DNA of 64,000 nt from an uncultured virus (IMG/VR IMGVR_UViG_3300029951_000024) (Duplodnaviria; Heunggongvirae; Uroviricota; Caudoviricetes). The translations under genes and the position numbers were made by a program. Below the pieces are notes generated by a model. The model was given only the letters and a program-made list of their open reading frames with translations. It did no database searches and was not told the origin of the DNA. Shown here one piece after another: positions 17,131 through 26,692 of this stretch; the stretch's first letter is position 1, and each line of letters opens with the position of its first letter. The stretch lies in IMG/VR virus record IMGVR_UViG_3300029951_000024, one strand, 5' to 3'.

Positions 17131-19728
17131 ATGACCGCATCAGTCCTTCAGGGCACGACCCCGACCATTAACAATGGTGGGCTCGCGGCACAGCCTTCTA
17201 ATGCGTTCACCAGCAATTGCACGATCGGCAGCACCATCCTTGCGTGGATCGGCTGGGACGGCGCGGTTGTATCCGCAAACCCGACCACGGTTGAGGATTC
17301 TGCCAGCCAGGTCTATCAGATTGCCAAGGATCACCTGGGCAATCCGATATCGCTCTATGACCCGACGAACCAGCAGGCCTGGGCGCTCTACTATTTCCCG
17401 AACAATCAGAGCGCGACCAAGCTCGTAGTTACGGCGACTTGGGCCTCGAACCCCACCTACACGGTGGTGAAGACCGACGAAGTCGGCGGCGTGTCGTCGG
17501 CATCGTTTCAGGTCGCCGTCGGCAATGTCCAGCAGACGCCGGGCAGCGGCACTGACGCCATCACGACCGGAACGCTTACGCCGCTATCGCAGCCGTGCGT
17601 CCTGGTCGCTTGCGATCTGAACACGGCGTACTCGGACGCGGTCGGCAATGGGTCGGTGGCCGGTACTGGGTTCACTGCCGGCACGGTGGTCTTTGACGGC
17701 GACGGCGTAAGCAGCGAAGGCCTCACGGAGTACAAGCGCCTCACGTCGACATCGGCGGTCGCCGCTACTTGGACTGATGCCGGCTTCGGCGCGGCCGCGC
17801 CCTTCGTCAGCATCGCGGCGGTCTTCTCCGAGGCGACCAGCGGCGCGAGCGGCAGTGCCGCGATCACGGAGGGCCATGACACGGCCAGCGGCGCTGGTGT
17901 GGGGAAGGCCTCCGGTAGCGCCGCGGTCACCGAAGGACATGACGCCGCATCGGGAGTCGGGACCGCCTCGACCGGCGCTGCGGGGTCAGGGTCGCCAACT
18001 GAAGGGCATGACGCCGCATCCGGTTCCGGCTCTGCCAAAGCGCAGGGCACCGCGGCGACCACCGAGGGGCACGACGCAGTATCCGGATCCGGGGGTGCCG
18101 CCACCGCCGGATCTGCTGCGGTCACGGAAGCCTACGACACGGCTTCGGGTGCCGGCACTGCGGGAGCCGCAGGCGCTGGCGCGGTCATTGAGGGCGCTGA
18201 CACAGCGTCCGGCGCTGGCAATACGTCTACAGCTGGCAGCGCCGCTGTCACTGAGGGCACCGACGCCGTCTCCGGCTCAGGCACTGCGGCCGACATCGGC
18301 GCGGCCGCGATCGCCGAGAACGCTGACACCGCATCCGGCGCGGGCACCTCGAGCACGGCTGGCGCGGGCACAGCTGCTGACGGTACCGACACTGTCGCAG
18401 GCTCAGGTGCGACGAGCACCGCGGGCGCGGGCGCGATCGCCGATGGTGCGGACACTGCCGCGGGCGCGGGCAGCACCAGCACCTCGGGTGCGGCGGCCGC
18501 CAATGAATCACACGACGCCGTTGCCGGCGCCGGTTCGACATCAACGACCGGCGCTGGAGCCGCGGCGGACGCTGCGGACACTGCAGCGGCTGCCGGCGCG
18601 GCCTCCACGGCGGGCGCGGCATCGATCACGCAGCCTGCCGACGTGGCGGCGGGCTCTGGCTCTACGTCAACGGCCGGCGCGGCCGCAGCTGCTGATGGGA
18701 CTGACACCGTTGCGGCCACGGGCGCTGCGGGCTCAGGTGGCGTCGCCTCAATCAACGAAGGCGCCGATACCGCATCCGGTGCCGGCACTGGATCCACCGC
18801 GGGCGCCGCGGCGATCGCCCAGGCGGCGGACGCTGTGGCTGGCGCTGGCTCTACCAGCACGGCGGGGGCGGGCGCGGCCGCGGATGGCCATGACGCCGTC
18901 GCAGGATCCGGCGCAGCTGGTTCCGGCGGCGTTGCTGCAATCGCGGATGCGGGTGACACCGCATCCGGCAGCGGCAGCACCGCGACTGCTGGCAGCGCAT
19001 CCGCGGCGGAAGCCCATGACACCGCCTCCGGAGCTGGCGCGACCAGCACCGCGGGCACCGGGGCGGCCGCAGATGGCCATGACATCGCCAGCGGCGCCGG
19101 TGCAGCCGGTAGCGGCGGCGTTGCGGCGATCACTCAAGGCCCCGATGTCGCCAGCGGATCCGGCAGCACCGCTTCAGCGGGCTCCGGCGCGGCCTCAGAA
19201 GGCCCCGACCATGCAGCCGCAATTGGCACCACCTCAGCGGTCGGCACCGGCTCAGCTGCGGAGGGTATCGACACTGCGGCAGGCGTCGGCGCGGTAGCGA
19301 CTGCGGCTGCGGGCGCGGCTCAGGAATCGGCGGACATCGTCGCAGGTTCCGGGCAGTCCGCGAGCACCGGCGCTGCGGCGATCGCAGAAGGCAGCGACGC
19401 AGCAGCGGGCAGCGGATCGGGTGCCGACTTGGGAGCGGGCGCGGCCGCCGATGGCCCAGACGTTGTCGCCGCGGGTGGCACGCAGACCGGATCGCCGGTT
19501 GCACCGCCTGCGCCGAACGCCACCTCGGGTACCGCTGCGGTCGCTGAAGGTTCGGACGCCTCAACGGGTTCAGGGTCCGGCTCGATCCTGGTCACCGGCG
19601 GCTATCTGCTTCCGGAGTTTGAAGAGGTCCCCGCAGCTCCGGCTCGCACCGCATCGGGTTTCTACGTTCTGCCGGCGCCGTCTCGGGCGCCCCCGGCGGG
19701 TTCGTTTTCCTACGTCCTGCCGCTCTAA
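17131..19728 (+). CDS. fibre 'string' protein 2 with about 27 x 21-aa repeats
   Basis: Repeat consensus AGAAAIxEGxDTASGAGxTST; N-terminal domain paralogous to 9282..11480. Confidence 0.8.
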   Translation: MTASVLQGTTPTINNGGLAAQPSNAFTSNCTIGSTILAWIGWDGAVVSANPTTVEDSASQVYQIAKDHLGNPISLYDPTNQQAWALYYFPNNQSATKLVVTATWASNPTYTVVKTDEVGGVSSASFQVAVGNVQQTPGSGTDAITTGTLTPLSQPCVLVACDLNTAYSDAVGNGSVAGTGFTAGTVVFDGDGVSSEGLTEYKRLTSTSAVAATWTDAGFGAAAPFVSIAAVFSEATSGASGSAAITEGHDTASGAGVGKASGSAAVTEGHDAASGVGTASTGAAGSGSPTEGHDAASGSGSAKAQGTAATTEGHDAVSGSGGAATAGSAAVTEAYDTASGAGTAGAAGAGAVIEGADTASGAGNTSTAGSAAVTEGTDAVSGSGTAADIGAAAIAENADTASGAGTSSTAGAGTAADGTDTVAGSGATSTAGAGAIADGADTAAGAGSTSTSGAAAANESHDAVAGAGSTSTTGAGAAADAADTAAAAGAASTAGAASITQPADVAAGSGSTSTAGAAAAADGTDTVAATGAAGSGGVASINEGADTASGAGTGSTAGAAAIAQAADAVAGAGSTSTAGAGAAADGHDAVAGSGAAGSGGVAAIADAGDTASGSGSTATAGSASAAEAHDTASGAGATSTAGTGAAADGHDIASGAGAAGSGGVAAITQGPDVASGSGSTASAGSGAASEGPDHAAAIGTTSAVGTGSAAEGIDTAAGVGAVATAAAGAAQESADIVAGSGQSASTGAAAIAEGSDAAAGSGSGADLGAGAAADGPDVVAAGGTQTGSPVAPPAPNATSGTAAVAEGSDASTGSGSGSILVTGGYLLPEFEEVPAAPARTASGFYVLPAPSRAPPAGSFSYVLPL
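17848..19590 (+). repeat. coding tandem repeat, about 63-bp unit, about 27 copies
   Basis: Counted from the translation. Confidence 0.85.
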
Positions 19729-19742
19729 CCGGGGATCACTTG

Positions 19743-20306
19743 ATGGCCAATCCGCCCGCGTCCAGCGGCGATGACCTTGCGCTCGACGTTGTCTTTCAAG
19801 GCGTCGTCGCTGGCATCACGGGACTGCCGGGCAGCCTGGTTCGCCCCAGCTTCCAAGTCGTTCCTCCGGTGCAGCCCGGAGTCGAAGTGGACTGGTGCGC
19901 CGTGCACGCCGCGGTCTGTGCCCCCGATGACAACGTGTACGAACAAGAGAACGAGACCGGCGATGGGCTGATCCAGATCAGCCATGAACAGCTGGAGGTT
20001 CTGACCAGCTTCTACGGCCCTAACGCTCTGACGTATGCCCGGCGCCTGCGCCGCGGCCTCGCTGTTGCCCAGAACCGATTCGCGCTCACCGCCCTATGCA
20101 TCGCCTTCGTCGGAACGCACGCAATTCGCCGCGTCCCCGAACAGGTGAACAAGCAATGGATTGAGCGGCAGGACATGCCGATCACGTTTCGCCGAAAGGT
20201 CGTTGAGGTCTACGGCGTCATGAGTCTGCAGATCGCAGGCGTCCGCCTCTTCGATGACACCAAAGCAGTCGACAAAACATTTCCGGTGCCGCCCGAGAGC
20301 ACCTGA
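19743..20306 (+). CDS. tail terminator / neck protein
   Basis: GITGLPGSLVRP, SFYGPNA motifs; directly upstream of the sheath gene. Confidence 0.75.
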   Translation: MANPPASSGDDLALDVVFQGVVAGITGLPGSLVRPSFQVVPPVQPGVEVDWCAVHAAVCAPDDNVYEQENETGDGLIQISHEQLEVLTSFYGPNALTYARRLRRGLAVAQNRFALTALCIAFVGTHAIRRVPEQVNKQWIERQDMPITFRRKVVEVYGVMSLQIAGVRLFDDTKAVDKTFPVPPEST

Positions 20307-20317
20307 CAGGAGTTCCT

Positions 20318-21796
20318 ATGCCCGGTCTTTCAGTCAATGACGCAGTCACGGTAGAGATTTCACTCTCCCAGGCACTCGCTTCGGTTCGCAACTTCGGCGC
20401 GCTTCTGGTGCTCGGCGATGCCGATGTCATCACCGTGGGTCAGCGCATCCGTGAATACACGAGCGCGGACGCAGTGGAGCTGGACTTCCCGAGCCTGCCC
20501 GAGTTCGCCGCCGCAGATCTGTTCTTCAGCCAGAACCCGCAGCCCGAGCTGTGCTACGTCGGCCGCTGGGCATCCACTGCCACCCACGGCATCTTGCAGG
20601 GCGGCCCCCTGAATGTGGCCGCGCAGGCCATGGCCAACTTCACCGCGATCACCAATGGCGTGCTCGACGTTGTCGTTGACGGCACCGCGCACAACATCAA
20701 CGGCCTGAGCTTCGCTGCGCAGACGAACCTCAACGGCGTGGCAGCGCTGGTGCAGGGCGCGCTCGGTGGCGCGGCCACCTGCGTGTGGAACGCGAACAAC
20801 GGCTACTTCATCGTTGAGAGCGCGACCACGGGCGCCGCCTCTTCTGTGGCATTCGCCTCGGTCGGCAGCGGCGGTATCGACCTGTCGGTGCTGATGGGTC
20901 TCGGCGTCAACTCCGGTGGCATTGCTGCCGCGGGCGTTGCTGCGGAGTCCCTGGTCTCGGCTGTCGCGACGCTGGCCAACATGTCGACTGACTGGTATGG
21001 CCTGCAGATCGCCTCGACTGTCGCGCCGGCTCAGGCTGACATCCTCGCGGTTGCCGCGCTGATCCAGGGCCTCACGGTCACCCGCATCTTTGGTTACACG
21101 ACCTCGGATCCGAACAGCCTGAGTGCCACCAGCACTACCGACACGCTCTACCTGCTGCAGCAGGCCGGCTACAGCCGCACCTTCTGCCAGTACTCGAGCA
21201 CGACCAAGCACGCATCGGCCGCGACCTTCGGCATTGCGTTCACCGTCGACTTCACGGGCGTCGACACGACCCTGACTCTGAAGTTCAAGACCGCATTGGG
21301 CGTGACCGCGGAGACCCTGACCGAGACGCAGGCTGCTGCACTCACCGCGAAGAATGGCCTGGTCGCCGTCAACTACGACAACGGCTCGGCGATCTTGCAG
21401 CAAGGCTGCATGGTCAACGGCACGTTCTTCGATGTCATCCACGGTACCGACTGGCTGCAGAACGCCGTACAGACCGACATTTGGGACCTGTTCCTTTCAA
21501 AGAACAAAGTGCCCCAGACCGACCCGGGCGTGACCGCGCTCATGGGTTCAATGATTCCGACGTTCGAGGAATCGGTCGGCAACGGCCTCGTTGCTCCTGG
21601 CGTGTGGCAGGGCAACGCCTTCGGCGGTTTGAAGACCGGCGACACGCTCACCAAGGGTTACTACCTGTGGGCTCCCTCGGTCGCCTCCCAGTCCCAGCCT
21701 GATCGCGCCGCCCGTAAGGCGCCGCTCATTCAGGCGGCCGTCAAGCTCGCCGGCGCGTTCCACAGCGCCAGCGTGCTCGTCAACGTGAATTCATAA
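20318..21796 (+). CDS. contractile tail sheath (DUF3383)
   Basis: FFSQNPQP..GRW, TLKFK, HGTDWLQN, KVPQTDPG, RAARKAP..KLAGAFH motifs. Confidence 0.9.
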   Translation: MPGLSVNDAVTVEISLSQALASVRNFGALLVLGDADVITVGQRIREYTSADAVELDFPSLPEFAAADLFFSQNPQPELCYVGRWASTATHGILQGGPLNVAAQAMANFTAITNGVLDVVVDGTAHNINGLSFAAQTNLNGVAALVQGALGGAATCVWNANNGYFIVESATTGAASSVAFASVGSGGIDLSVLMGLGVNSGGIAAAGVAAESLVSAVATLANMSTDWYGLQIASTVAPAQADILAVAALIQGLTVTRIFGYTTSDPNSLSATSTTDTLYLLQQAGYSRTFCQYSSTTKHASAATFGIAFTVDFTGVDTTLTLKFKTALGVTAETLTETQAAALTAKNGLVAVNYDNGSAILQQGCMVNGTFFDVIHGTDWLQNAVQTDIWDLFLSKNKVPQTDPGVTALMGSMIPTFEESVGNGLVAPGVWQGNAFGGLKTGDTLTKGYYLWAPSVASQSQPDRAARKAPLIQAAVKLAGAFHSASVLVNVNS

Positions 21797-21811
21797 TTTC
21801 CGGAGAAGCAC

Positions 21812-22255
21812 ATGCCCGGTGCGTACAGCTTTCAAGACGTTTCCGCAACGCTCACCACCCCCTCGGCGTCAATCAATCTCGGCGCCGGCGCTGCGGTTGC
21901 CGACGAGGGCATCACCATCGAGCCGACTGAAGACAAGAACACGATGACCGTTGGCGCAGACGGCGCCGGTATGCACTCCCTGCACGCCGGCAACCCTGCC
22001 AACGTCAGCGTGCGATTGCTCCAGACCTCGCCCGTCAATGCGCTGCTGATGGCGGAGTACAACGCCCAGCGCATCAACAGCACGCTGTGGGGCCAGGGCG
22101 TGATTCTGGTTCGCCAGACCGCGAGCGGCGATACCACCAGTGCCACGCAGGTTGCCTTCAAGCGCCGCCCGAATCTGACCTACCGCAAGGATGGTGCGTT
22201 TCTGGAATGGTCATTCGAGGCAGTCGCCCACGACACGGTGCTCGGCACCTACTAA
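21812..22255 (+). CDS. tail tube protein (DUF3277)
   Basis: YSFQDV, EGITI, MTVGADG, LLQTSPVN motifs; follows sheath. Confidence 0.88.
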   Translation: MPGAYSFQDVSATLTTPSASINLGAGAAVADEGITIEPTEDKNTMTVGADGAGMHSLHAGNPANVSVRLLQTSPVNALLMAEYNAQRINSTLWGQGVILVRQTASGDTTSATQVAFKRRPNLTYRKDGAFLEWSFEAVAHDTVLGTY

Positions 22256-22260
22256 GGGCA

Positions 22261-22280
22261 CAGGCGCAAATTTGCGCCTG
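22261..22280. repeat. dispersed palindrome copy 4 (CAGGCGCAAATTTGCGCCTG)
   Basis: Perfect 20-bp palindrome, intergenic after the tube gene. Confidence 0.9.
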
Positions 22281-22310
22281 CTCCCGACCGGACTAACACA
22301 GGAAAAAACA

Positions 22311-22763
22311 ATGATTTCGTTTGAAGTCAACGATCGCAAATATCAGTCAGAGAAACTGAACGCGATCGCGCAGTTCCACGTGATGCGGCGGATCTCCCCG
22401 CTGTTGCCGACCCTGGTTCCGATCTTTGTGGAAATGGCGGGGACCGACCCCGACAAGAAACTGACGGTCGCGGACTTCGCCAAGCTCGCCACGCTCGCCG
22501 GCCCCCTGGCCGACGGGCTGGCGGGCATGTCGGACAAGGATGCGGAGTTCGTGCTCACCGCGTGCCTGACCGGCGTGAAGGTGGAGAACGAGGGGAAGTT
22601 CGTTCCCTTCTGGAATGCCACCGCGCGCAAGTCGATGTTTGAAGACATGAACGACGTGGGCATCTTCCTGCCCGTGGCCGTGAAGGTGATCCAAGAGAAC
22701 CTGAGCGGTTTTTTTCAAGGACTGCTTATGAGCGAGCAGTCCGAAGCGACCCCGACGGCGTGA
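22311..22763 (+). CDS. tail assembly chaperone (G-like)
   Basis: KLNAIAQFHVMRRISPLL; lies between tube and tape measure genes. Confidence 0.8.
   Translation: MISFEVNDRKYQSEKLNAIAQFHVMRRISPLLPTLVPIFVEMAGTDPDKKLTVADFAKLATLAGPLADGLAGMSDKDAEFVLTACLTGVKVENEGKFVPFWNATARKSMFEDMNDVGIFLPVAVKVIQENLSGFFQGLLMSEQSEATPTA
22709..22715 (+). other. -1 ribosomal frameshift slippery site T TTT TTT
   Basis: The -1 frame is open without stops from 22709 into the ORF at 22760..22960. Confidence 0.7.
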
Positions 22764-22960
22764 CCTTCCGGACGATGCCGGACCACTCCGACTATTTGAT
22801 GGAGCCGGTCCGGCGTCAGATGTGCCGTTACGAGTCTCTGAAGGACGGCACGCTCGACCTCGAAGACATCGCCCACATGAACGACTACATCGCCCTGTCA
22901 GCCGACAACGAGGCGATCGCACAAGACGAAGCGGAGCGTCGAAGACAGAACAATGGCTAA
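22760..22960 (+). CDS. tail assembly chaperone C-terminal part (T-like, DUF6889-like)
   Basis: PVRRQMCRYESLKDGTLDLEDIAHMND motif. Confidence 0.75.
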   Translation: MTFRTMPDHSDYLMEPVRRQMCRYESLKDGTLDLEDIAHMNDYIALSADNEAIAQDEAERRRQNNG

Positions 22961-24680
22961 GTCATCGACCATTCGCGAGTTCCTGGTAAAGCTCGGTTTC
23001 AAGACCGACGAGCCGGCACTCAAGCGCTTCAAGGACGGCATCGGAGACGCCAGTACCGCAGTGATGCGGCTGGCGGTTGTCACCACGGCGGCCGCCACCG
23101 CCGTCACGGCCGCTGTGCAGCGCTGGTCATCCAACCTCGAACAGCTGTACTTCGCCTCACAGCGCACGAACAGCTCCGCGGCGAACCTGTCCGCATTCGA
23201 CCGGGCTGCGCAGAATTTCGGCACCTCGGCCGGTGAGGCTCAGGCGTCGATCGAAGGCCTGGCGCACGCACTGCGCGTGAACCCGGGCAACGAGAATTTC
23301 CTCGACTCCATGCTAGTCAAGGTCGGCGCCCGCGCGCGCGACTCCAAGGGTCACCTGCGTGACCTGGCGGACGTGGCCGTCGACCTCGGCAAAGTGTTTG
23401 CCCATGAGCCCACGTGGCTTGCGGAACAGCAGTCGTCCATGCTCGGGATCTCCGAGAAGACGATGCTGGCCATGCGCGACGGCAGCTTCGGTCCGGAATA
23501 TGCGCGACAGCAGAAGGAGGCCGCGGGCCTCAACGCGGCGGCCGAGAAGTCGCACGCATTCGAGAAGTCATGGCGCGACATGAGCTACAGCATCCAATCG
23601 GCGCTGCTGCCGGTGCTGATTCAGCTGCAATCGATCTTCGGCCCCCTGATGGTCCGATTCTCAGCGTGGCTGGATAAGAACCACGACGCGGCGATCAATA
23701 GCATCAACAGCGCCATCACGACGATGAAGCCCGCCGTGGAGTGGGTCATCGGTGCATTCAAGGATGCCGACAAGGCGACCGGCGGCTGGAGTACGCGGCT
23801 CCTAATCATCCTGGGCGTGCTCAAGGCCTTCGGTGCGACCGGCCTCATTACTGGCGTGCTGGGCGTCACCAGCGCGGTGCTGAAGCTCGGTGGCGCCCTG
23901 GTGGGCCTGGCCACGGGTGGCAGTGCTGCAGCTGGCGGCGCGGCCGCGGCGACGGCAGGCGGCGCAGCAGCTGGCGCTGGCGGCCTGGGGATGGGTGCGA
24001 TCCTGGCGCGCCTGGGCCTCGCGGGATTCGCGGCCGCGACCGTCGGCACTGCTGGTTACGCTGCCTACAAGGCAGCCAAGGGCGAAGACGCGAGCAACTG
24101 GATCAGCACCCTGGGCGGAACTTACGACATCGCCGACAAGCTCAGCGGCGCGATGATCGATCAAGAAGACCGGCCCGGGCAGGCCATGCGTTTCTTCATG
24201 GGCCGCGGCTGGACGAAGTCACAGGCCGCCGGGCTCGTCGCCAACATCCAAGCCGAGAGCAATTTCAGCAAGAAGGCCAACGGCGACAACGGTGCGGCCT
24301 ACGGCATCGCGCAGTGGCACCCGGACCGGCAGGCAGACTTCCGCAAGCTGTTTGGGATTTCCATGATGCAGAGCTCCTATGAGCAGCAGCTTGAGTTCAT
24401 GGACTACGAGCTGCGGCACGGCAAGGAACAGAAGGCCGGCGCGATGCTCCGCGCGGCTACCAATGCCGCACAAGCCGGAGCGGCTGTATCCCGTTATGAC
24501 ATTCGGCCTCGTGACGCTGACGCTCAGGCCGCTGCGCGGGGCAGCATTGCCATGCACTACGACACGACGGTGAATGTCCACGGCGTAGACGATCCGACCA
24601 AGGCGGCTGCCCTGGTGGCGAACGCGCAGCGCGGCGTGGCGGCCGACTCCACCCGCAACCTTGCCGGGACGATGCAGTAG
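22953..24680 (+). CDS. tape measure protein with phage tail lysozyme domain
   Basis: IREFLVKLGF start; QAAGLVANIQAESNF..AYGIAQW..QQLEFMDYEL lysozyme motif. Confidence 0.88.
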   Translation: MAKSSTIREFLVKLGFKTDEPALKRFKDGIGDASTAVMRLAVVTTAAATAVTAAVQRWSSNLEQLYFASQRTNSSAANLSAFDRAAQNFGTSAGEAQASIEGLAHALRVNPGNENFLDSMLVKVGARARDSKGHLRDLADVAVDLGKVFAHEPTWLAEQQSSMLGISEKTMLAMRDGSFGPEYARQQKEAAGLNAAAEKSHAFEKSWRDMSYSIQSALLPVLIQLQSIFGPLMVRFSAWLDKNHDAAINSINSAITTMKPAVEWVIGAFKDADKATGGWSTRLLIILGVLKAFGATGLITGVLGVTSAVLKLGGALVGLATGGSAAAGGAAAATAGGAAAGAGGLGMGAILARLGLAGFAAATVGTAGYAAYKAAKGEDASNWISTLGGTYDIADKLSGAMIDQEDRPGQAMRFFMGRGWTKSQAAGLVANIQAESNFSKKANGDNGAAYGIAQWHPDRQADFRKLFGISMMQSSYEQQLEFMDYELRHGKEQKAGAMLRAATNAAQAGAAVSRYDIRPRDADAQAAARGSIAMHYDTTVNVHGVDDPTKAAALVANAQRGVAADSTRNLAGTMQ

Positions 24681-25309
24681 TGGCCGGGACACTCGAACAA
24701 GTCATCATCGGCGCAGCCTCTGCGGGTCAAGCGCTCGCGGACATCGTGATGCCGGTGAAGTCGAGCATCGGCGACGGCATCACGATTCAGGTCCTGATCG
24801 ATGAGGAAATCACCAACACGCTCGAGGTGACTGAGCACCCCGTTGAGGAAGGCCCGGAAATCTCGGACCACAGCTACCTGAAGCCCGTGGGGCTGACTCT
24901 GCGGTGCGGCTGGAGCAATTCGTCAGCCACAGCGTTGCTGGGTGCGGCCGCGGCTCTCTTCGGCGGCGGCAATGCCCTAGCCTCGAACTACGTGGAAGGC
25001 GTGTACGGGCAGCTGAAGGCGCTTCAGGAAACCCGGCAGCCGTTTACCGTCACGACGCAGTCGGGTCAGTTCGAGAACATGCTGATGACCTCGCTGGCCC
25101 GCACGCGGGAAGCGCATACCTCGTTCACGCTCAACGTCACCGCGACGTTCCGCGAAATCATCCTGGTGAGCACCCAGAGCACCACGCTGCCGGCGCAGAG
25201 TGACCAAGCGGACCCGGCCTCAACTTCTGAACAGCAAAGCGTCGGCGTCCTGGCGCCCACGGCCGCGCAGCCTGCCCCCGGTGGCTCATTCGACTTTTCC
25301 GGCCAGTAA
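24680..25309 (+). CDS. baseplate / tail tube initiator (Dit-like)
   Basis: VTEHPVEEG..ISDHSY..FENML motifs. Confidence 0.8.
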   Translation: MAGTLEQVIIGAASAGQALADIVMPVKSSIGDGITIQVLIDEEITNTLEVTEHPVEEGPEISDHSYLKPVGLTLRCGWSNSSATALLGAAAALFGGGNALASNYVEGVYGQLKALQETRQPFTVTTQSGQFENMLMTSLARTREAHTSFTLNVTATFREIILVSTQSTTLPAQSDQADPASTSEQQSVGVLAPTAAQPAPGGSFDFSGQ

Positions 25310-25318
25310 GGGGCGCGC

Positions 25319-25636
25319 GTGTCATCGATCTATTCCATCCCGGTACAGGTCGGGACGCCTCAGACGTTCGCGATCACCTTGGGCGGCGTCAGCTATCAGA
25401 TGTCGCTCAAGTATCGAAACACCGACCAAGGCGGCTGGACACTCGATATCGCCGACCAGAACGGCAACCCAATTTTGAACGGCCTGCCGCTAGTCACCGG
25501 CGCCGATTTGCTCGCGCAGTACGCCTACCTCGGCTTCGGCGGACAGCTCGCGGTGCAGACCAACAGCGACCCCGATGCAGCGCCCACGTTCTCGAACCTG
25601 GGCGATGACGCCCAGATCTATTGGATCTCCCCGTGA
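25319..25636 (+). CDS. baseplate plug-like protein
   Basis: WTLDIAD..GLPLVTGADLLAQYAYLG motif. Confidence 0.8.
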   Translation: MSSIYSIPVQVGTPQTFAITLGGVSYQMSLKYRNTDQGGWTLDIADQNGNPILNGLPLVTGADLLAQYAYLGFGGQLAVQTNSDPDAAPTFSNLGDDAQIYWISP

Positions 25637-26691
25637 GCGACACCAGCACTGCCGACCTAGACGATGCCGGCGACGGCTCCGACGATATCCAGAATGTGGA
25701 TGTCGTGGCCACCCGGCCGCCGGCGCTGCAATATCTGCGGCAGATTTCATGTGTCATCGGGACTCAGGGCGGCGCCGCGAAGGAATTCAAAGATTTTCGC
25801 GTGGTCTTCACCGTCAAGCGCGGCGACCTGCAGACCCCGAACACGTGCGACGTGCGCATCTATAACCTGAGCGATAACACCGCCAATCTGGTTCAGAAAG
25901 AATTCACGTACCTCGCGCTGCAGGCGGGGTACGAGAGCAATTTTGGGCTGATCTTTCAGGGCACCGTCAAGCAGTACCGCAAAGGACGGTCTGACCAGAA
26001 GGACAGCTACCTCGATATCACCGCGGCGGATGGCGACGAGGGGTACAACTTCTCCACGGCGATCGGCTCCCTCGCCGCTGGCGCCTCTCCGCAAGATCGA
26101 TGGGCCTTCTTGAATAAGGCCATGAGCGGCAACGGCGTGACTGCCGGATCGGCGCCGTTCCTCAGCAGCAATGGCAGCGTGCGCGGCCGCGTCTTCTGCG
26201 GCATGGCCAAAGACGAGCTGCGCACCTTCGCGAACGATCAAGGCTGCACCTGGAGCATCCAGGATGGCCAGCTGACGCTGATTCAGAAGACCGGCTTCGT
26301 CGGCGGCCGCGTGCCGGTGATATCGCCACAGACCGGCCTCATTGGAGTGCCTGAGCAGACGCAGAACGGCATCGCAATTAAGACGCTGCTGAACCCGCGG
26401 CTGAAGATCGGCCAGCTGATCCAGCTGCAGAGCACAGTGAACCAGCAGCGGCTGGACACCAACTATCTGTCGGCAGTCTCCAGCAATTTCAACCTCCAGA
26501 ACGGGGCGAAGGTCGCAGGCGACGGCGTCTACTACGTGATGGTCGCCGAGCACACCGGGGATACCCGCGGCAATCCCTGGTACACGGACCTCATCTGCAT
26601 CGCGGCGGATGCCTCTCAGATCCCCAGCGGCTTGCTCCAGCAAACCACAGTTCAGCCGGCCGCCTCGATCCAGCCCGTAAAGCAGAACTGA
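25633..26691 (+). CDS. baseplate hub protein
   Basis: IYNLS, LQAGY, WSIQDG, TGLIGVP, LLNP, GDTRGNPWY motifs. Confidence 0.85.
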   Translation: MSDTSTADLDDAGDGSDDIQNVDVVATRPPALQYLRQISCVIGTQGGAAKEFKDFRVVFTVKRGDLQTPNTCDVRIYNLSDNTANLVQKEFTYLALQAGYESNFGLIFQGTVKQYRKGRSDQKDSYLDITAADGDEGYNFSTAIGSLAAGASPQDRWAFLNKAMSGNGVTAGSAPFLSSNGSVRGRVFCGMAKDELRTFANDQGCTWSIQDGQLTLIQKTGFVGGRVPVISPQTGLIGVPEQTQNGIAIKTLLNPRLKIGQLIQLQSTVNQQRLDTNYLSAVSSNFNLQNGAKVAGDGVYYVMVAEHTGDTRGNPWYTDLICIAADASQIPSGLLQQTTVQPAASIQPVKQN

Positions 26692-26692
26692 C

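Noticed and set aside
17848..19590. Regular 63-bp periodicity as a possible CRISPR array
   Set aside because: Degenerate in-frame coding repeats, no constant repeat with unique spacers, no cas genes
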